Assembly: GCA_045646465.1 (NCBI GenBank)
Contig: JAZRKT010000114.1
Coordinates: 1-58,108 of the forward strand
DNA from: Eubacteriales bacterium
GTDB taxonomy: Bacteria > Bacillota > Clostridia > Oscillospirales > CAG-382
Direction of reading: 5' to 3'
Length of the DNA: 58,108 bases
In this document: positions 8,688 through 18,968 of the stretch, piece after piece
Numbering within the stretch: the stretch's first letter is position 1
Layout: every line of letters starts with the position of its first letter
Translations under genes and position numbers: made by a program
The notes under the pieces: model-generated
Databases searched by the model: none
Seen by the model: only the letters and a program-made list of their open reading frames with translations
Told to the model about the DNA's origin: nothing

Positions 8688-9584
8688 TTACAATGCTTCA
8701 AAATACTTCTTTTCCGTGTTGCCGTTTTTATCACGTATTACAAGCTCCCAGCAAGGCAAGATATAATAGGTATTATTATCGCCTTTTCTGAGAAGGTATA
8801 CGAGGTTTTCATCAGTAACAGCGCTTATCTTCTCCAAATCAAGCTTATAAATAACATTTACGCCGTCTGTCATTTTTTCATGATAACGAAGCGAAGGTTC
8901 AAAGGGTATCCATTTTCCGATAACATTGACAAGTACGCCGTCTTCAAAAACGAAATTTACATATACACCGCTGATTTCTATACCGTTAAAGGTCTGTACT
9001 GCGCTTACAATATGATATTGCTCGCCCGTAACACTTCCAGTCAGGATATAACTCACCTTTTTTTCAGCCGATAGTTTTTCAAGAATGCTGTCAATTTGCT
9101 GTTTTTTGTCAGCTCCCACATCGTACTTGCCATTATAAATGGCACCTGTATTTGCCGATATGCTGTTTCCCTTTACGGAGTATGAAAAGTCAAGGTCAGA
9201 ATTTACATCAAAAACAAGCTTTCCAACGTCTTCCCTGCCGTCATCTGAATTATAGTAAGTAACAGATAGACCAGTCGGTGTATCAAGCTTTGTCATCAAA
9301 GTGTTTTCTCCAAGCCAAGACAAAAAGCCTTCCATTACAACTTTGCGGTATTCTCCTTCGTCTTTAAGACTGAAAACATAAATATTTCCTTCGGGTATTT
9401 TTCTTTCTATGATTTTTTCATCAACTTCAACGCCGTGTTTACCAAGATTATCTACAGCCTCTAACACAAAATTCTCATCAAGTACGCTTACCGACTTATT
9501 TTCGGTATAGTACAGTCCGTAGAAGACAGCTGTCAGCACGGCAAATATCAGTATGAGAAACAAGAGTATTCTTTTCCCTTCCAT
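8688..9584 (-). CDS. Hypothetical N-terminally membrane-anchored extracytoplasmic protein (YycI-like architecture)
   Basis: One N-terminal transmembrane helix (ILLFLILIFAVLTAVFYGLYY), then a roughly 270-aa soluble part ending in YILPCWELVI...KKYFEAL. Its ATG overlaps the upstream TAA (TAATG), and GGGGAGG lies 7 nt upstream. Confidence 0.6.
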   Translation of the reverse strand: MEGKRILLFLILIFAVLTAVFYGLYYTENKSVSVLDENFVLEAVDNLGKHGVEVDEKIIERKIPEGNIYVFSLKDEGEYRKVVMEGFLSWLGENTLMTKLDTPTGLSVTYYNSDDGREDVGKLVFDVNSDLDFSYSVKGNSISANTGAIYNGKYDVGADKKQQIDSILEKLSAEKKVSYILTGSVTGEQYHIVSAVQTFNGIEISGVYVNFVFEDGVLVNVIGKWIPFEPSLRYHEKMTDGVNVIYKLDLEKISAVTDENLVYLLRKGDNNTYYILPCWELVIRDKNGNTEKKYFEAL

Positions 9585-10984
9585 TACCGAACCTCCCCAT
9601 TATCAGCACCGAATTTTGCCCATACCGGAACGTAGTAATCTCCGTCTGTTTCTTTTTCAAGGACAGGACAGAAGGTGATTTCGGAAAAAGCAGGCACATC
9701 TTCACTAAGCAACACGTTTGCATAGCGTTGATTAAGGCACACGTTATATTCATCCACTTTTGTACAAACAACGTGAACAAAGCTTGCTCTTACCAGTGAA
9801 TCGGAGTCAATTTCAAAAACCGCATCATAATTACTGTCAAAAACCGCAATTCCATCAACAAAGGATTTTAAGTACACGCACAATCTATCTTCATTCTTCT
9901 GATAATCAATACCAACTATTGAATACTCTCTGCAGTCCTTATTATGCTTTATGGAATTCACTATATTCTTAACTGCCAAAATTTTATCAGCAAACAGATA
10001 GCTTCCTGATACGTTGGGAGTATAGCCAAGAAAGTGTTCAAGGCTTACTCCTGCGCCGTCAGAAACATATTCCACCTTTCCTTCGTCGTTAAGCAGAAGC
10101 TCATTATAATCATCCACATATATAATTTCAGTATCATTTTTGGAGGAAAAGCTTTTTACAAGGCTTGAATTCAACGAAAAAGTATCAAAAAGCTTATCCA
10201 CCCAATAGGTTGTGATACTCTTTCCGTAAATACTTCCCATTGAGCGTAATTCGTATTTATCCGACAAAAATGACGAAGCATATACAGGATATATTCCTTC
10301 TTCACCGAAGAATTCAAAGCGTGAATATCCGTCACTTATATCATATTCATCCGCAGAAATATTGTCAATTGTAAATTCGTTTGAAGGATAAAGCTCGTTG
10401 ATTTCTCCGTTTTCAGAAACAGCAGCACCGTATGCTTTTCCGTTTTCATCGGCAGTTAAAAAAAGGTGCTTAACGCCAAAAAGCATATCCCCTTCAGGTG
10501 ACACAATACCCTGCGACAGACAAGGTAGAAATGCACTTGCATGTATATCGTCAAAATAGCTTAAAAGCAGGTATTTAGGTGATGACACAAGCTTCTGAAT
10601 ATACTCGCGGTACTGCATACTATCATTAAAGCTTACTTTTTTGCTTGTCCCAGAAAACAAATCATCAAGGTATTCATTGGTAATATTCTTTAAAGCTGCA
10701 CGCGTTTCGCTGTCAAAGGAAGCGCATATATGAGACTCGCCGTCCTTGATACCGATTATCAGTGGCTCTATCATATCATCAAGATATACCTTATTCTCCG
10801 CTGCACCCGTTTTAAGCAATATCTGCTTTTCGTGGGACGGCATAGCAGGCAGAGATGAGTTATGTCCGTTGATTTTTATATCAATATACATTCCGCAGGT
10901 ACAAAGCATACTGAAAAACAGAATTACCGTAATAACAATCCCGAAAAATTCCGCTGCTCTGCCACGTCCTGAATTTTTTTTCAC
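9584..10984 (-). CDS. Hypothetical N-terminally membrane-anchored extracytoplasmic protein (YycH-like size and architecture)
   Basis: GTG start with GGAGG 6 nt upstream. One N-terminal transmembrane helix (FFGIVITVILFFSMLCTCGMY). The roughly 430-aa soluble part ends in YYVPVWAKF. Confidence 0.6.
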   Translation of the reverse strand: MKKNSGRGRAAEFFGIVITVILFFSMLCTCGMYIDIKINGHNSSLPAMPSHEKQILLKTGAAENKVYLDDMIEPLIIGIKDGESHICASFDSETRAALKNITNEYLDDLFSGTSKKVSFNDSMQYREYIQKLVSSPKYLLLSYFDDIHASAFLPCLSQGIVSPEGDMLFGVKHLFLTADENGKAYGAAVSENGEINELYPSNEFTIDNISADEYDISDGYSRFEFFGEEGIYPVYASSFLSDKYELRSMGSIYGKSITTYWVDKLFDTFSLNSSLVKSFSSKNDTEIIYVDDYNELLLNDEGKVEYVSDGAGVSLEHFLGYTPNVSGSYLFADKILAVKNIVNSIKHNKDCREYSIVGIDYQKNEDRLCVYLKSFVDGIAVFDSNYDAVFEIDSDSLVRASFVHVVCTKVDEYNVCLNQRYANVLLSEDVPAFSEITFCPVLEKETDGDYYVPVWAKFGADNGEVR

Positions 10985-11007
10985 ATCACTGCCTCCTTTA
11001 CCAAAAC

Positions 11008-11047
11008 AAGCGGTGTCTCAAAGCATAAGCTAAATGTGGCACCGCTT
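11008..11047 (-). terminator. Hairpin after rbfA (weak terminator or attenuator)
   Basis: AAGCGGTG ... CACCGCTT, an 8-bp stem with a large loop, followed on the minus strand by TTGTTTTGG. Confidence 0.3.
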
Positions 11048-11052
11048 AAATA

Positions 11053-11400
11053 TCAGATGTTTTTAAGAATTTCTGCAATTCTTGCGCCGTGTTCCATTCC
11101 CTCGTCGTAAACAAAGTTCAGCTCAGGTGTGTTTCTGAGAGCAAGTCTTGAGGAAAGCTCATGTCTTATGAAGCCGAGGGCGGATTTTATACCTTTTTTA
11201 ACCTCGTTTGCGTCTCCGTTCATCACGCTGTAATGAACCTTACAGTACTTCATATCAGCTGTTGTTTCCGTTCTTGTGATGCTTACAAGGCAGCCTGAGA
11301 CTCTCGGGTCCTTTACTTCCTTGATAATATACATCAGCTCTCTTGCGATTTCTTCATTTACTCTGTCGGAATGGTGGGCAACCTTTTTCTTTAAAGGCAT
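11053..11400 (-). CDS. rbfA: Ribosome-binding factor A
   Basis: 115-aa RbfA-like sequence (RVNEEIARELMYII...DPRV...VSITRTETTADMKYCKVHY), in its conserved position after infB. Confidence 0.9.
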   Translation of the reverse strand: MPLKKKVAHHSDRVNEEIARELMYIIKEVKDPRVSGCLVSITRTETTADMKYCKVHYSVMNGDANEVKKGIKSALGFIRHELSSRLALRNTPELNFVYDEGMEHGARIAEILKNI

Positions 11401-11415
11401 ATTTACCTCCGTAAG

Positions 11416-14400
11416 TTATCCTCTCTTTACTTCTTCCATAACAAAAGCTTCGAGAATATCGTTTTCCTTAATGTCATTGAAGCGTTCAAGACCGATACCA
11501 CATTCGTAGCCTGTTGCCACTTCCTTAACGTCATCCTTGAAACGTCTGAGAGATGCAATCTTATCTTCAAAGATTACAACACCGTCACGTACTACTCTTA
11601 TCTGGCAAGCTCTTGTAATCTTACCGTCCTGAACATAAGAGCCTGCGATAAAGCCTATACCGGGAACCTTAATGGTCTGACGTACCTGTGCTCTACCCAT
11701 AACAACTTCCTTATATTCAGGATCAAGCATACCGTTGATAGCTGCTGTGATTTCTTCGATACATTCGTAAATAACTCTATAGGTTCTGATATCTACTTCC
11801 TGGTCTTCGGCACTATCAACCGCAGCTTTATCGGGTCTTACGTTAAAGCCAACTATGATGGCGTTGGAGGCAGAAGCAAGCATTACGTCATTTTCTGTAA
11901 TACCGCCGACAGCCGAGTGGATAACCTTAACCTTAACTTCTTCATTTGATAGCTTTTCAAGGCTGGACTTAACCGCCTCTGCTGAGCCCTGAACGTCTGC
12001 CTTAACGATGATTGCAAGTTCCTTTGTTCCTTCTGAGAGCTGGTCAAAGAGTGTATCAAGAGACACCTTTGCATTAGCCTTGAAGATTTCTTCCTTAGCC
12101 TTGGTCTTTCTTTCTTCAATAAGAGCCTTAGCCATTCTTTCATCCTCAACTACTCTGAATTCGTCACCGCCTTCAGGAGCTTCGGAAAGACCTGTGATTT
12201 CAACGGGAACTGAAGGACCTGCTTCCTTAACCGTCAAGCCCTTATAGTCTGTCATTGCTCTTACGTGACCGATTGCAGTACCTGCAATAACAACATCGCC
12301 TCTCTTAAGTGTACCGTGCTGTACAAGAACTGTCGCAACAGGTCCACGTCCCTTATCAAGCTTTGCTTCGATAACAATACCCTTAGCCGCACACTTGGGA
12401 TTAGCTTTAAGCTCCTTCATATCTGCAACAAGCAGTACCATTTCAAGAAGGTCTTCAATACCCTTATGCTGAAGAGCAGACACGGGAACGCAGATTGTGT
12501 CTCCGCCCCATTCTTCGGGAATAAGTTCATAGTTTGCAAGGTTCTGCTTGACTGCATCAACATTCGCCGCAGGCTTATCAATCTTATTGATAGCAACGAT
12601 AATAGAAACGCCTGCTGCCTTTGCATGGTTTATAGCTTCAATTGTCTGAGGCATAATACCGTCATCGGCTGCAACTACGAGAATTGCAATATCGGTAGCC
12701 TGTGCACCACGGGCGCGCATTGCAGTAAATGCTTCGTGACCGGGTGTGTCAAGGAATGTGATGTCTCTGTCATTTATCTTTACTCGGTAAGCACCGATAT
12801 GCTGAGTAATACCGCCCGCTTCACCTGCAGTTACGTTTGCATTTCTGATAGCATCAAGAAGAGATGTCTTACCGTGGTCAACGTGACCCATTACACAGAC
12901 TACAGGGCTTCTTGGAACAAGGTCTTCTTCTCTTTCAACCTGTTCTTCTGTACCGAAAAGTCTTTCTTCGATAGAAAGAACAACTTCCTTTTCAGCAACG
13001 ATGCCCATTTCGTCTGCAAGAAGATATGCTGTATCAAAGTCAACAATCTTATTTGCACCCACAGCATCCATACCAAGACCCATACCGATAAGCTTCTTAA
13101 TTACTTCACCTGTTGTAATCTTAAGCTTTGCCGCAAGGTCGCTTATCATAATATCTTCAGGGATAGTAATGGGACCGGTGAACTTTGCAGCGGGCTGTAC
13201 GGGTGCAGGCTGCTGTCCCTTTTTGCCCTTCTTATTCTTACCGCCGAAGGTGTTATGAGGCATAAAGTCACGTGCCGCAGCTTCGTTTCTGTTGATTCTT
13301 CCGCCGACACCCTTCTGAACGCCGCCCTGTGCCTTCTTTTTGCCGCCCTTGGGGCCTCTTTCATTATCAAGTGCATCAGGCACAAGGTTATCAAGTCTTT
13401 CATCGTACTTCGAAAGGTCAACCTCGCTTGTTCTGATGTCAACTACTACCTTTCCTTCACTGTCAAAGGCAGGCTGAGCGCCTTCAATTCTTTCGCCGGC
13501 ATAACGGCTTCTGATATGACCGTCCTTATCGTATACAGGCTTGAGGCTCGGCTGTCTTACAGACTGCGACTCTTCGTCCTTATCCTTGTTGGGGTTATAC
13601 GCATTATTCTTTTGGAACTTAGACTTCTGAGGCGCCTTCTGTGCAGGTACGTCAATATTTACAAAGCCGTCCTTAGTAAACTTAACATTAGCGTACTTAT
13701 CAAATCTTTCGTTTTTATCGAACTTAGGATAGTGCTCAAGAGTCTTTCCTTCCTGCTTTGCCAAAGCTGCGCCTTCCTTGGAAATCTTGCTTATCTGTTT
13801 TTCAAGCTGTCTTTCGCCCAAAGGCACATTCTTATCGCCGTTTCTGTCAAAGGGACGGCCTGCATTATTATTCTGTCCGAAAGGAGGCTTCCTATTCGGG
13901 TCGAAGGGTTTACGCTGTCCCTGCTGACCCTGATTGAATCTGTCGCCCTGCTGATTTCCAAAGCCTTCTCTGCGGCTATTATCTCTGTTAAAGGGAGCTT
14001 CATTTCTTTTAACAGGTACTCCTTCGGTTTTAACGGGAGCTTTGTCTATCTTGACTTCAGCCTTGGCTTCCTGTGCCTTAGCTTTAGGCTGAGGCTTTAC
14101 TTCTTCTTTCTTAACTTCCTTCTTTTCTTCATTTACAGGCTCAGCCTTAACTGCTTCTTCCTTCTTAGGTGTTTCCTGCTTAGGCTCTTCCTTCCTTGAA
14201 GAGAGATACGCACCAATATCACTAACGGTGCTTGAAAGGGTATAATGCTGAAGAATTACGCTTACTTCTTCGTGCTCAAGAGAGGAGGATGCAGACTTTC
14301 CGTCAAAGCCTTTATCCTTAAGAATTTCCACGATTTCCTTACTCTTTACTCCTATATCTTTTGCAAAATTACTTAATTTAAGTTTTGTATTCAATGCCAT
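11416..14400 (-). CDS. infB: Translation initiation factor IF-2
   Basis: GTPase motifs [13 protein letters not shown] and NKID. Long K/E/Q-rich N-terminal region. The start is set at ATG 14400 ([15 protein letters not shown]), with GGAGG 12 nt upstream. Confidence 0.93.
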   Translation of the reverse strand: MALNTKLKLSNFAKDIGVKSKEIVEILKDKGFDGKSASSSLEHEEVSVILQHYTLSSTVSDIGAYLSSRKEEPKQETPKKEEAVKAEPVNEEKKEVKKEEVKPQPKAKAQEAKAEVKIDKAPVKTEGVPVKRNEAPFNRDNSRREGFGNQQGDRFNQGQQGQRKPFDPNRKPPFGQNNNAGRPFDRNGDKNVPLGERQLEKQISKISKEGAALAKQEGKTLEHYPKFDKNERFDKYANVKFTKDGFVNIDVPAQKAPQKSKFQKNNAYNPNKDKDEESQSVRQPSLKPVYDKDGHIRSRYAGERIEGAQPAFDSEGKVVVDIRTSEVDLSKYDERLDNLVPDALDNERGPKGGKKKAQGGVQKGVGGRINRNEAAARDFMPHNTFGGKNKKGKKGQQPAPVQPAAKFTGPITIPEDIMISDLAAKLKITTGEVIKKLIGMGLGMDAVGANKIVDFDTAYLLADEMGIVAEKEVVLSIEERLFGTEEQVEREEDLVPRSPVVCVMGHVDHGKTSLLDAIRNANVTAGEAGGITQHIGAYRVKINDRDITFLDTPGHEAFTAMRARGAQATDIAILVVAADDGIMPQTIEAINHAKAAGVSIIVAINKIDKPAANVDAVKQNLANYELIPEEWGGDTICVPVSALQHKGIEDLLEMVLLVADMKELKANPKCAAKGIVIEAKLDKGRGPVATVLVQHGTLKRGDVVIAGTAIGHVRAMTDYKGLTVKEAGPSVPVEITGLSEAPEGGDEFRVVEDERMAKALIEERKTKAKEEIFKANAKVSLDTLFDQLSEGTKELAIIVKADVQGSAEAVKSSLEKLSNEEVKVKVIHSAVGGITENDVMLASASNAIIVGFNVRPDKAAVDSAEDQEVDIRTYRVIYECIEEITAAINGMLDPEYKEVVMGRAQVRQTIKVPGIGFIAGSYVQDGKITRACQIRVVRDGVVIFEDKIASLRRFKDDVKEVATGYECGIGLERFNDIKENDILEAFVMEEVKRG

Positions 14401-14401
14401 A

Positions 14402-14779
14402 TTACTGCTGCACCTCCGTAGATTCTGTGTGTATTTCAGCATAGATTTTTTCGATAATTTTTACAAAGCCTTCGTCAAGAATTGCTGCACACGACACTTC
14501 GCTTTTTTTACCAAGCCGTGCTCCAAGCTCGTCTTTTGTAACATTCATCATAAAGCTTTGCACCTTATGATATGAAGTTGAATCCTTAATACGCTTTAAA
14601 GTATTATCGGACAGGTCACAGGCATATATTACAAGCTGTGCCGTATTATTCCTGACATTTTCGGTACACATATCGGTACCCGTAACACATTTACCCGCTT
14701 TTCTCGCAAGAGACAGCGCCGACATTATTCTGTCACAGCACCTTTCAAGCTCCCCGGGTGTGAAATCAAGCTGTATCAC
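14402..14779 (-). CDS. ylxQ: L7Ae/L30e-family RNA-binding protein (YlxQ-like)
   Basis: [13 protein letters not shown] motif, located between ylxR and infB. The start is uncertain: either a GTG at 14779 overlapping the ylxR TGA, or the ATG at 14725. Confidence 0.75.
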   Translation of the reverse strand: MIQLDFTPGELERCCDRIMSALSLARKAGKCVTGTDMCTENVRNNTAQLVIYACDLSDNTLKRIKDSTSYHKVQSFMMNVTKDELGARLGKKSEVSCAAILDEGFVKIIEKIYAEIHTESTEVQQ

Positions 14780-15060
14780 TCGTCACCCTCCCCTTTGAGA
14801 TTTTCCTTTACTGCTTCATACACGCTTTGGGGTATTTCAGCTTCAAGGCATCTTTCAAGGCGTTTTGTTTTGAGAGCCTTTTCATAGCAAGCTACACACG
14901 GGCAGATATAAGCTCCTCTTCCCGACTTCTTTCCCGTCAGGTCAAGCAGAACCTCTCCCTCAGGTGTTCTTACCACTCTTACAAGCTCTTTCTTGGGTCT
15001 TTTTTCATTACAGCCCATACATTTTCTTTCGGGTATTTTTTTTATTATGTTATTTGCCAT
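14776..15060 (-). CDS. rnpM: YlxR/RnpM family (DUF448) RNA-binding protein
   Basis: PERKCMGCNEKRPKKELVRVV...GRGAYIC signature, immediately after nusA. Confidence 0.85.
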   Translation of the reverse strand: MANNIIKKIPERKCMGCNEKRPKKELVRVVRTPEGEVLLDLTGKKSGRGAYICPCVACYEKALKTKRLERCLEAEIPQSVYEAVKENLKGEGDE

Positions 15061-15110
15061 ATAATTACCTTCTTACTGTTAAATACACAAGATTGGTTTA
15101 GGCTAAAATA

Positions 15111-16403
15111 TTATTCTTTGTCCTGCTTTACAATCTTGAGAGCTTCTGCAAGCTTACCGCCAAATGAGCTTGCCGCTTCATTCTTACCTTCGATAATATC
15201 ATTGAAGGCTGCTGCTCTTGCTGCAGACACGCTCTTAATATCAATCTTATTAAAACCTGTAAGACGTGCCGCAAGTCTTGCGTTCTGTCCTTCCTTACCG
15301 ATGGCAAGTGAAAGCTGGTCATCCTCAACAAGTACATAGCAGCTTCTTTCGCCTGTTTCCTTTACGGATACAACCTGTGCAGGTGAAAGTGAAGCACGGA
15401 TAAATTCCTCTGCATCCTCGCTGAACTTAACTATATCAATCTTTTCGCCCTTGATTTCAGAAGTGATATTATTCTTACGTATTCCCTTAGGACCGATACA
15501 TGAGCCGATTGGGTCTACGTTTTCATCTCTTGAATAAACAGCAATCTTTGTTCTTGAGCCTGCTTCTCTTGAAATAGCCTTGATAATTACGGTACCGTCC
15601 TGAATTTCGGGTACTTCAAGCTCAAACAGTCTCTTGACAAGACCGGGATGCTTTCTTGAAAGAACAACTGTGGGGCCCTTGGTTTCCTTCTTAACAACAG
15701 TAACATAAACCTTTATCTTATCGCCCTCAACAAGTCTTTCACCGGGTATCTGTTCGTTCTTGAACAGCGTTACTTCATTCTTACCAAGCTCAAGGACAGC
15801 ATTTCCTGTAACTGGGTCTACTCTTGAAACAATGGCAGTTACGATTTCTTCCTTCTTACCCTCGTATTCCTTAACCATAATATCTCGTTCTGCTTCTCTG
15901 ATACCCTGGATAATAACCTGCTTTGCGGTCTGTGCGGAAATACGTCCGAAGTTCTTGGGTTTTACTTCAATTTCAACGATGTCGCCTAAGTTATAAGACT
16001 TTTTAATTTCTCTTGCTTGTTCAAGTGTAATTTCTGTTCTCTCGTTGAAAACATGCTTTCTTGTAAGCTTAATTGGCTCGCCGTTTTCGTCAACCTCAGG
16101 CTCATAAGGCTCATATTCCTCGTCTCCGAAGGGCTCAAAGCCTTCTCTGTCATCTTCGGGGTCATAGCCATAATACTCATAAGGTGTGATTTCTTCTTCG
16201 GCTTCGGGGTCTACAACCGTAAGCTGCTTATAAACCTTTACATCCTGCTTAACGGGGTCAAGCACGATTCTTACGTTTGCATAGCCGTTATCCTTTTTGA
16301 ATGCGCTCTGAAGTGCCGCCTCAACCTTAGCAATCATATATTCCTTGGGAATATTTTTCTGCTTTTCAAGAAGGTCAAGAGCTTTAAAAAATTCCTTGTT
16401 CAT
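15111..16403 (-). CDS. nusA: Transcription termination/antitermination factor NusA, with an acidic insertion in the N-terminal domain
   Basis: Motifs of the N-terminal domain, S1, KH1 and KH2 (FGRISAQTAKQVI, RLFELEVPEI, DPIGSCIGPKG, LAIGKEGQNARLAARLTG). At 430 aa it is longer than the roughly 370-aa Bacillus type. Confidence 0.93.
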   Translation of the reverse strand: MNKEFFKALDLLEKQKNIPKEYMIAKVEAALQSAFKKDNGYANVRIVLDPVKQDVKVYKQLTVVDPEAEEEITPYEYYGYDPEDDREGFEPFGDEEYEPYEPEVDENGEPIKLTRKHVFNERTEITLEQAREIKKSYNLGDIVEIEVKPKNFGRISAQTAKQVIIQGIREAERDIMVKEYEGKKEEIVTAIVSRVDPVTGNAVLELGKNEVTLFKNEQIPGERLVEGDKIKVYVTVVKKETKGPTVVLSRKHPGLVKRLFELEVPEIQDGTVIIKAISREAGSRTKIAVYSRDENVDPIGSCIGPKGIRKNNITSEIKGEKIDIVKFSEDAEEFIRASLSPAQVVSVKETGERSCYVLVEDDQLSLAIGKEGQNARLAARLTGFNKIDIKSVSAARAAAFNDIIEGKNEAASSFGGKLAEALKIVKQDKE

Positions 16404-16444
16404 CTTTCAAAGATTCCTCCGTATTTATGTTATTTTTTTACTAA

Positions 16445-16930
16445 TCAGAATTCACAGACGGTTTTTATGCTTGCACAGTCCTTTAGTGTAAGCTCCACCG
16501 TTTCGCCTTCGCAGTCAAGAGAAAGAATATCTGTTACTTCATCAAAGGAAGCAATATTTCCGTCATACGCCTTTTTACCGTCCTTCGCAGCATAAAGCTT
16601 AACAAGGACTCTTTCTCCCACAAAAGCAAGGATGTGTTCGGGAGTTTTAAGCTCTCTTTCAAGTCCCGGCGAAGAAATCTCAAGATAGTAGCTTCCTTCA
16701 ATGGGATCTGCTTCGTCAAGTATAGGCTCTACCGCATCGTTTACCATTTCGCAGTCATCAAGAGAAATTCCCTCGGGCTTATCAATGTAAATAATTAGGT
16801 TGTGGTCGCTGCCCTCTTTTACAAACTCTACGTTCCAGAGCATACATCCGCACTCCTCAACCGTTTCCTTAACAAGGTCATACACACGGGACGCGATGTT
16901 TCCTTTTTTCTTTTCCTGCAAATCAATCAC
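16445..16930 (-). CDS. rimP: Ribosome maturation factor RimP
   Basis: RimP-like, 161 aa (YLEISSPGLERELK). First gene of the nusA-infB operon. Confidence 0.85.
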   Translation of the reverse strand: MIDLQEKKKGNIASRVYDLVKETVEECGCMLWNVEFVKEGSDHNLIIYIDKPEGISLDDCEMVNDAVEPILDEADPIEGSYYLEISSPGLERELKTPEHILAFVGERVLVKLYAAKDGKKAYDGNIASFDEVTDILSLDCEGETVELTLKDCASIKTVCEF

Positions 16931-17016
16931 CTCTTCAGAGTTTTTGTCCCAAACAAACTTTAAAGAGCGATTCTTTTGGAACCGCCCTTTAACCTTTGCT
17001 ATTTTCTTACAATGAT

Positions 17017-17045
17017 ACTATAACACAAGGCATCCAAAAAGTCAA
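17017..17045 (-). promoter_or_regulatory. SigA-type promoter of the rimP-nusA-infB operon
   Basis: The minus strand reads TTGACT-17 nt-TATAGT (-35 at 17045..17040, -10 at 17022..17017), about 80 nt upstream of the rimP ATG. Confidence 0.65.
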
Positions 17046-17171
17046 GTGTTTTTTTTGAGTTTTCCGACTTTTTTACAATTTAATTAGACTATAATAAGGC
17101 GAAATATGGGTCTTAGCATATCAATTCACATAAACTACTTTTAATTTATATTCACCACTATATTTTAACAT

Positions 17172-17223
17172 AAAAAACCGCCCTGTCAACCGTTAGATTT
17201 TGGGTCTAACTTTTGAGGACGGT
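17172..17223 (-). terminator. Rho-independent terminator after the HAD hydrolase gene
   Basis: On the minus strand: ACCGTCCT...(inner GTTAGA/TCTAAC hairpin)...AGGGCGGT, followed by TTTTTT. Confidence 0.6.
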
Positions 17224-17255
17224 TCATCAAAAAGTATCTCTTATTTTAATAAAAA

Positions 17256-18059
17256 TTATTTGTACTTAACGGCATTGCCCTTAACAAGCTCGCCGACGTT
17301 ATCGTATATATACTTAGGTCTGTAAGGAAAGGTTCTTAAGTCTTCAAGCCTTGTAACACCCGAAAGCACAAGAGCCGTATCAATTTCAGACTCTATACCT
17401 GCGACAATATCCGTATCCATTCTGTCACCGATAATAACTGCATCCTCGGGTTCAACATCGAGAAGTTTGATACCCGACTTCATCATCAATGGATTGGGCT
17501 TTCCCACATAGTAAGGAACACAGCCTGTTGAAAGCTCTATAGGAGCAACAAGTGCCTTTGTTGCAGGAACGATTCCGTGCTCGGAAGGGCCTGTCATATC
17601 GGGGTTTGTTCCGATAAGCTTTGCTCCGTTATTTACCATCTTTACGGCTCTTATAATATTATCGTAATTGTAGTTTCTTGTTTCACCTATAACAACATAG
17701 TCTGGGTTAACGTCATTCATTGAAATACCCTTATCGTAAAGAGCGTTAATAAGACCTGGCTCACCGATTACATATGCAGAGCATCCGGGCTTTTGACTTG
17801 CAAGAAAATCAGCCGTTGCAAGAGCCGAAGTATAAAAATGGGACGGGTCAACATCAAGTCCCATTCTCTTAAGCTTCTGTGCAAGCTCTATGGGTGAGCG
17901 TTCAGATGAGTTTGTGAAAAAGAGAAAGTGCTTATCGTTATCTTTAAGCCACTGTATAAACTCAGGAACACCGTCAAGGATTTTGTTACCGTGATAGATA
18001 ACTCCGTCCATATCACTTATAAAACCTTTTTTTGAATTGATATCAAGTACTTTTCCCAT
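17256..18059 (-). CDS. HAD-IIA family (NagD-like) sugar/nucleotide phosphatase
   Basis: DMDGVIYHG motif I, FFTNSS motif II and GDRMDTDI motif IV. The start is set at ATG 18059, with AAGGGG 8 nt upstream. Confidence 0.8.
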   Translation of the reverse strand: MGKVLDINSKKGFISDMDGVIYHGNKILDGVPEFIQWLKDNDKHFLFFTNSSERSPIELAQKLKRMGLDVDPSHFYTSALATADFLASQKPGCSAYVIGEPGLINALYDKGISMNDVNPDYVVIGETRNYNYDNIIRAVKMVNNGAKLIGTNPDMTGPSEHGIVPATKALVAPIELSTGCVPYYVGKPNPLMMKSGIKLLDVEPEDAVIIGDRMDTDIVAGIESEIDTALVLSGVTRLEDLRTFPYRPKYIYDNVGELVKGNAVKYK

Positions 18060-18063
18060 TTTC

Positions 18064-18660
18064 TTACCCCTTATTTTCAATTAAGTATGTTGCTTCTATA
18101 TCTGCAATATGAAGCTTTACTGCAAGAGGATACTTTTCAAAAGCACCGTTAATTGCAAAGCTTCCTCCTCTCGCCGCATCGTCAAAGCCTCCCATATGCC
18201 ATCTTATGGCAATAGCCTCCTCAACCTTAAGGCGCATAAAGCGCTCTATTAGGAAAACCGACTTTTCGCCGTGTCCGAATGGGAACTTATCTTCGATTAT
18301 ATAGTAGTTTACTTTCTCCCACTGTCCCGTTGCTTCATTCTTTACGTTTCTCTGGCTGACCTTATAAAACTCAGCCTTACACAAATCGTGCAAAAGTGCT
18401 GCAATTGCCATTGATTCATCAGGTCTACCGTCATTATAGCGGTCAATCATTGCGTTATACACATTAAGAGAGTGCTCGGCAAGTCCGCCTTCAAAAGCAT
18501 TATGAAATTTAGAGCTTGCAGGTGCTGTGAAAAAGTCGGTCTTTTCAATCCAGGCTAAAAGCTCCTCACTTCCCTGTCTTGTTATTGCATCCTTATACGC
18601 CTTGACAAATTTGTCCTTAACAGAATCAAATTTAAGCGCTCTGAGCTGTTCTTCGTTCAT
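18064..18660 (-). CDS. HD-domain phosphohydrolase
   Basis: FH..F.GGLAEHSL, LLHDLCK, HGEKS and WHMG motifs. AAGGAGAA ribosome-binding site. Confidence 0.7.
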   Translation of the reverse strand: MNEEQLRALKFDSVKDKFVKAYKDAITRQGSEELLAWIEKTDFFTAPASSKFHNAFEGGLAEHSLNVYNAMIDRYNDGRPDESMAIAALLHDLCKAEFYKVSQRNVKNEATGQWEKVNYYIIEDKFPFGHGEKSVFLIERFMRLKVEEAIAIRWHMGGFDDAARGGSFAINGAFEKYPLAVKLHIADIEATYLIENKG

Positions 18661-18787
18661 TGTTTTCTCCTTATCTAAAAGTTATAGCCGTTGATAATCA
18701 GACATTCAATATAACGCTGTGTAGTTAGCTTAAGATTTCTGCTAAGTTTATGCAACATAATTATCCCAACCAAACTACTACTCATGT

Positions 18788-18816
18788 ATTATAACACAAA
18801 CAAAACAGCATTTCAA
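18788..18816 (-). promoter_or_regulatory. SigA-type promoter for the HD/HAD gene pair
   Basis: The minus strand reads TTGAAA-17 nt-TATAAT, which predicts a leader of about 120 nt. Confidence 0.55.
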
Positions 18817-18968
18817 GATTTTAATCATATTTTTTCCGAAATAATACAACCGATAAATATTTAATAATTATTACGCAGATGTTTACCGATAATCAACACT
18901 TTATATCAATTAATATTGAAAATGTTATGTATAATTATAAAAAATAAAAAAAACAGGATGATTTATAT

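Noticed and set aside
12265-14199. A 644-aa plus-strand ORF, the longest unexplained ORF in the track, together with neighbouring ORFs antisense to infB.
   Set aside because: It lies entirely antisense to the well-supported IF-2 gene. Its translation is Cys/Leu/Phe/Ile-rich low-complexity sequence with no motifs and no ribosome-binding site. This is a typical shadow ORF of a codon-biased gene. The same reasoning applies to 24182..24823, 25268..25909, 37349..38056, 38053..38634, 42747..43493 and 50292..50957.
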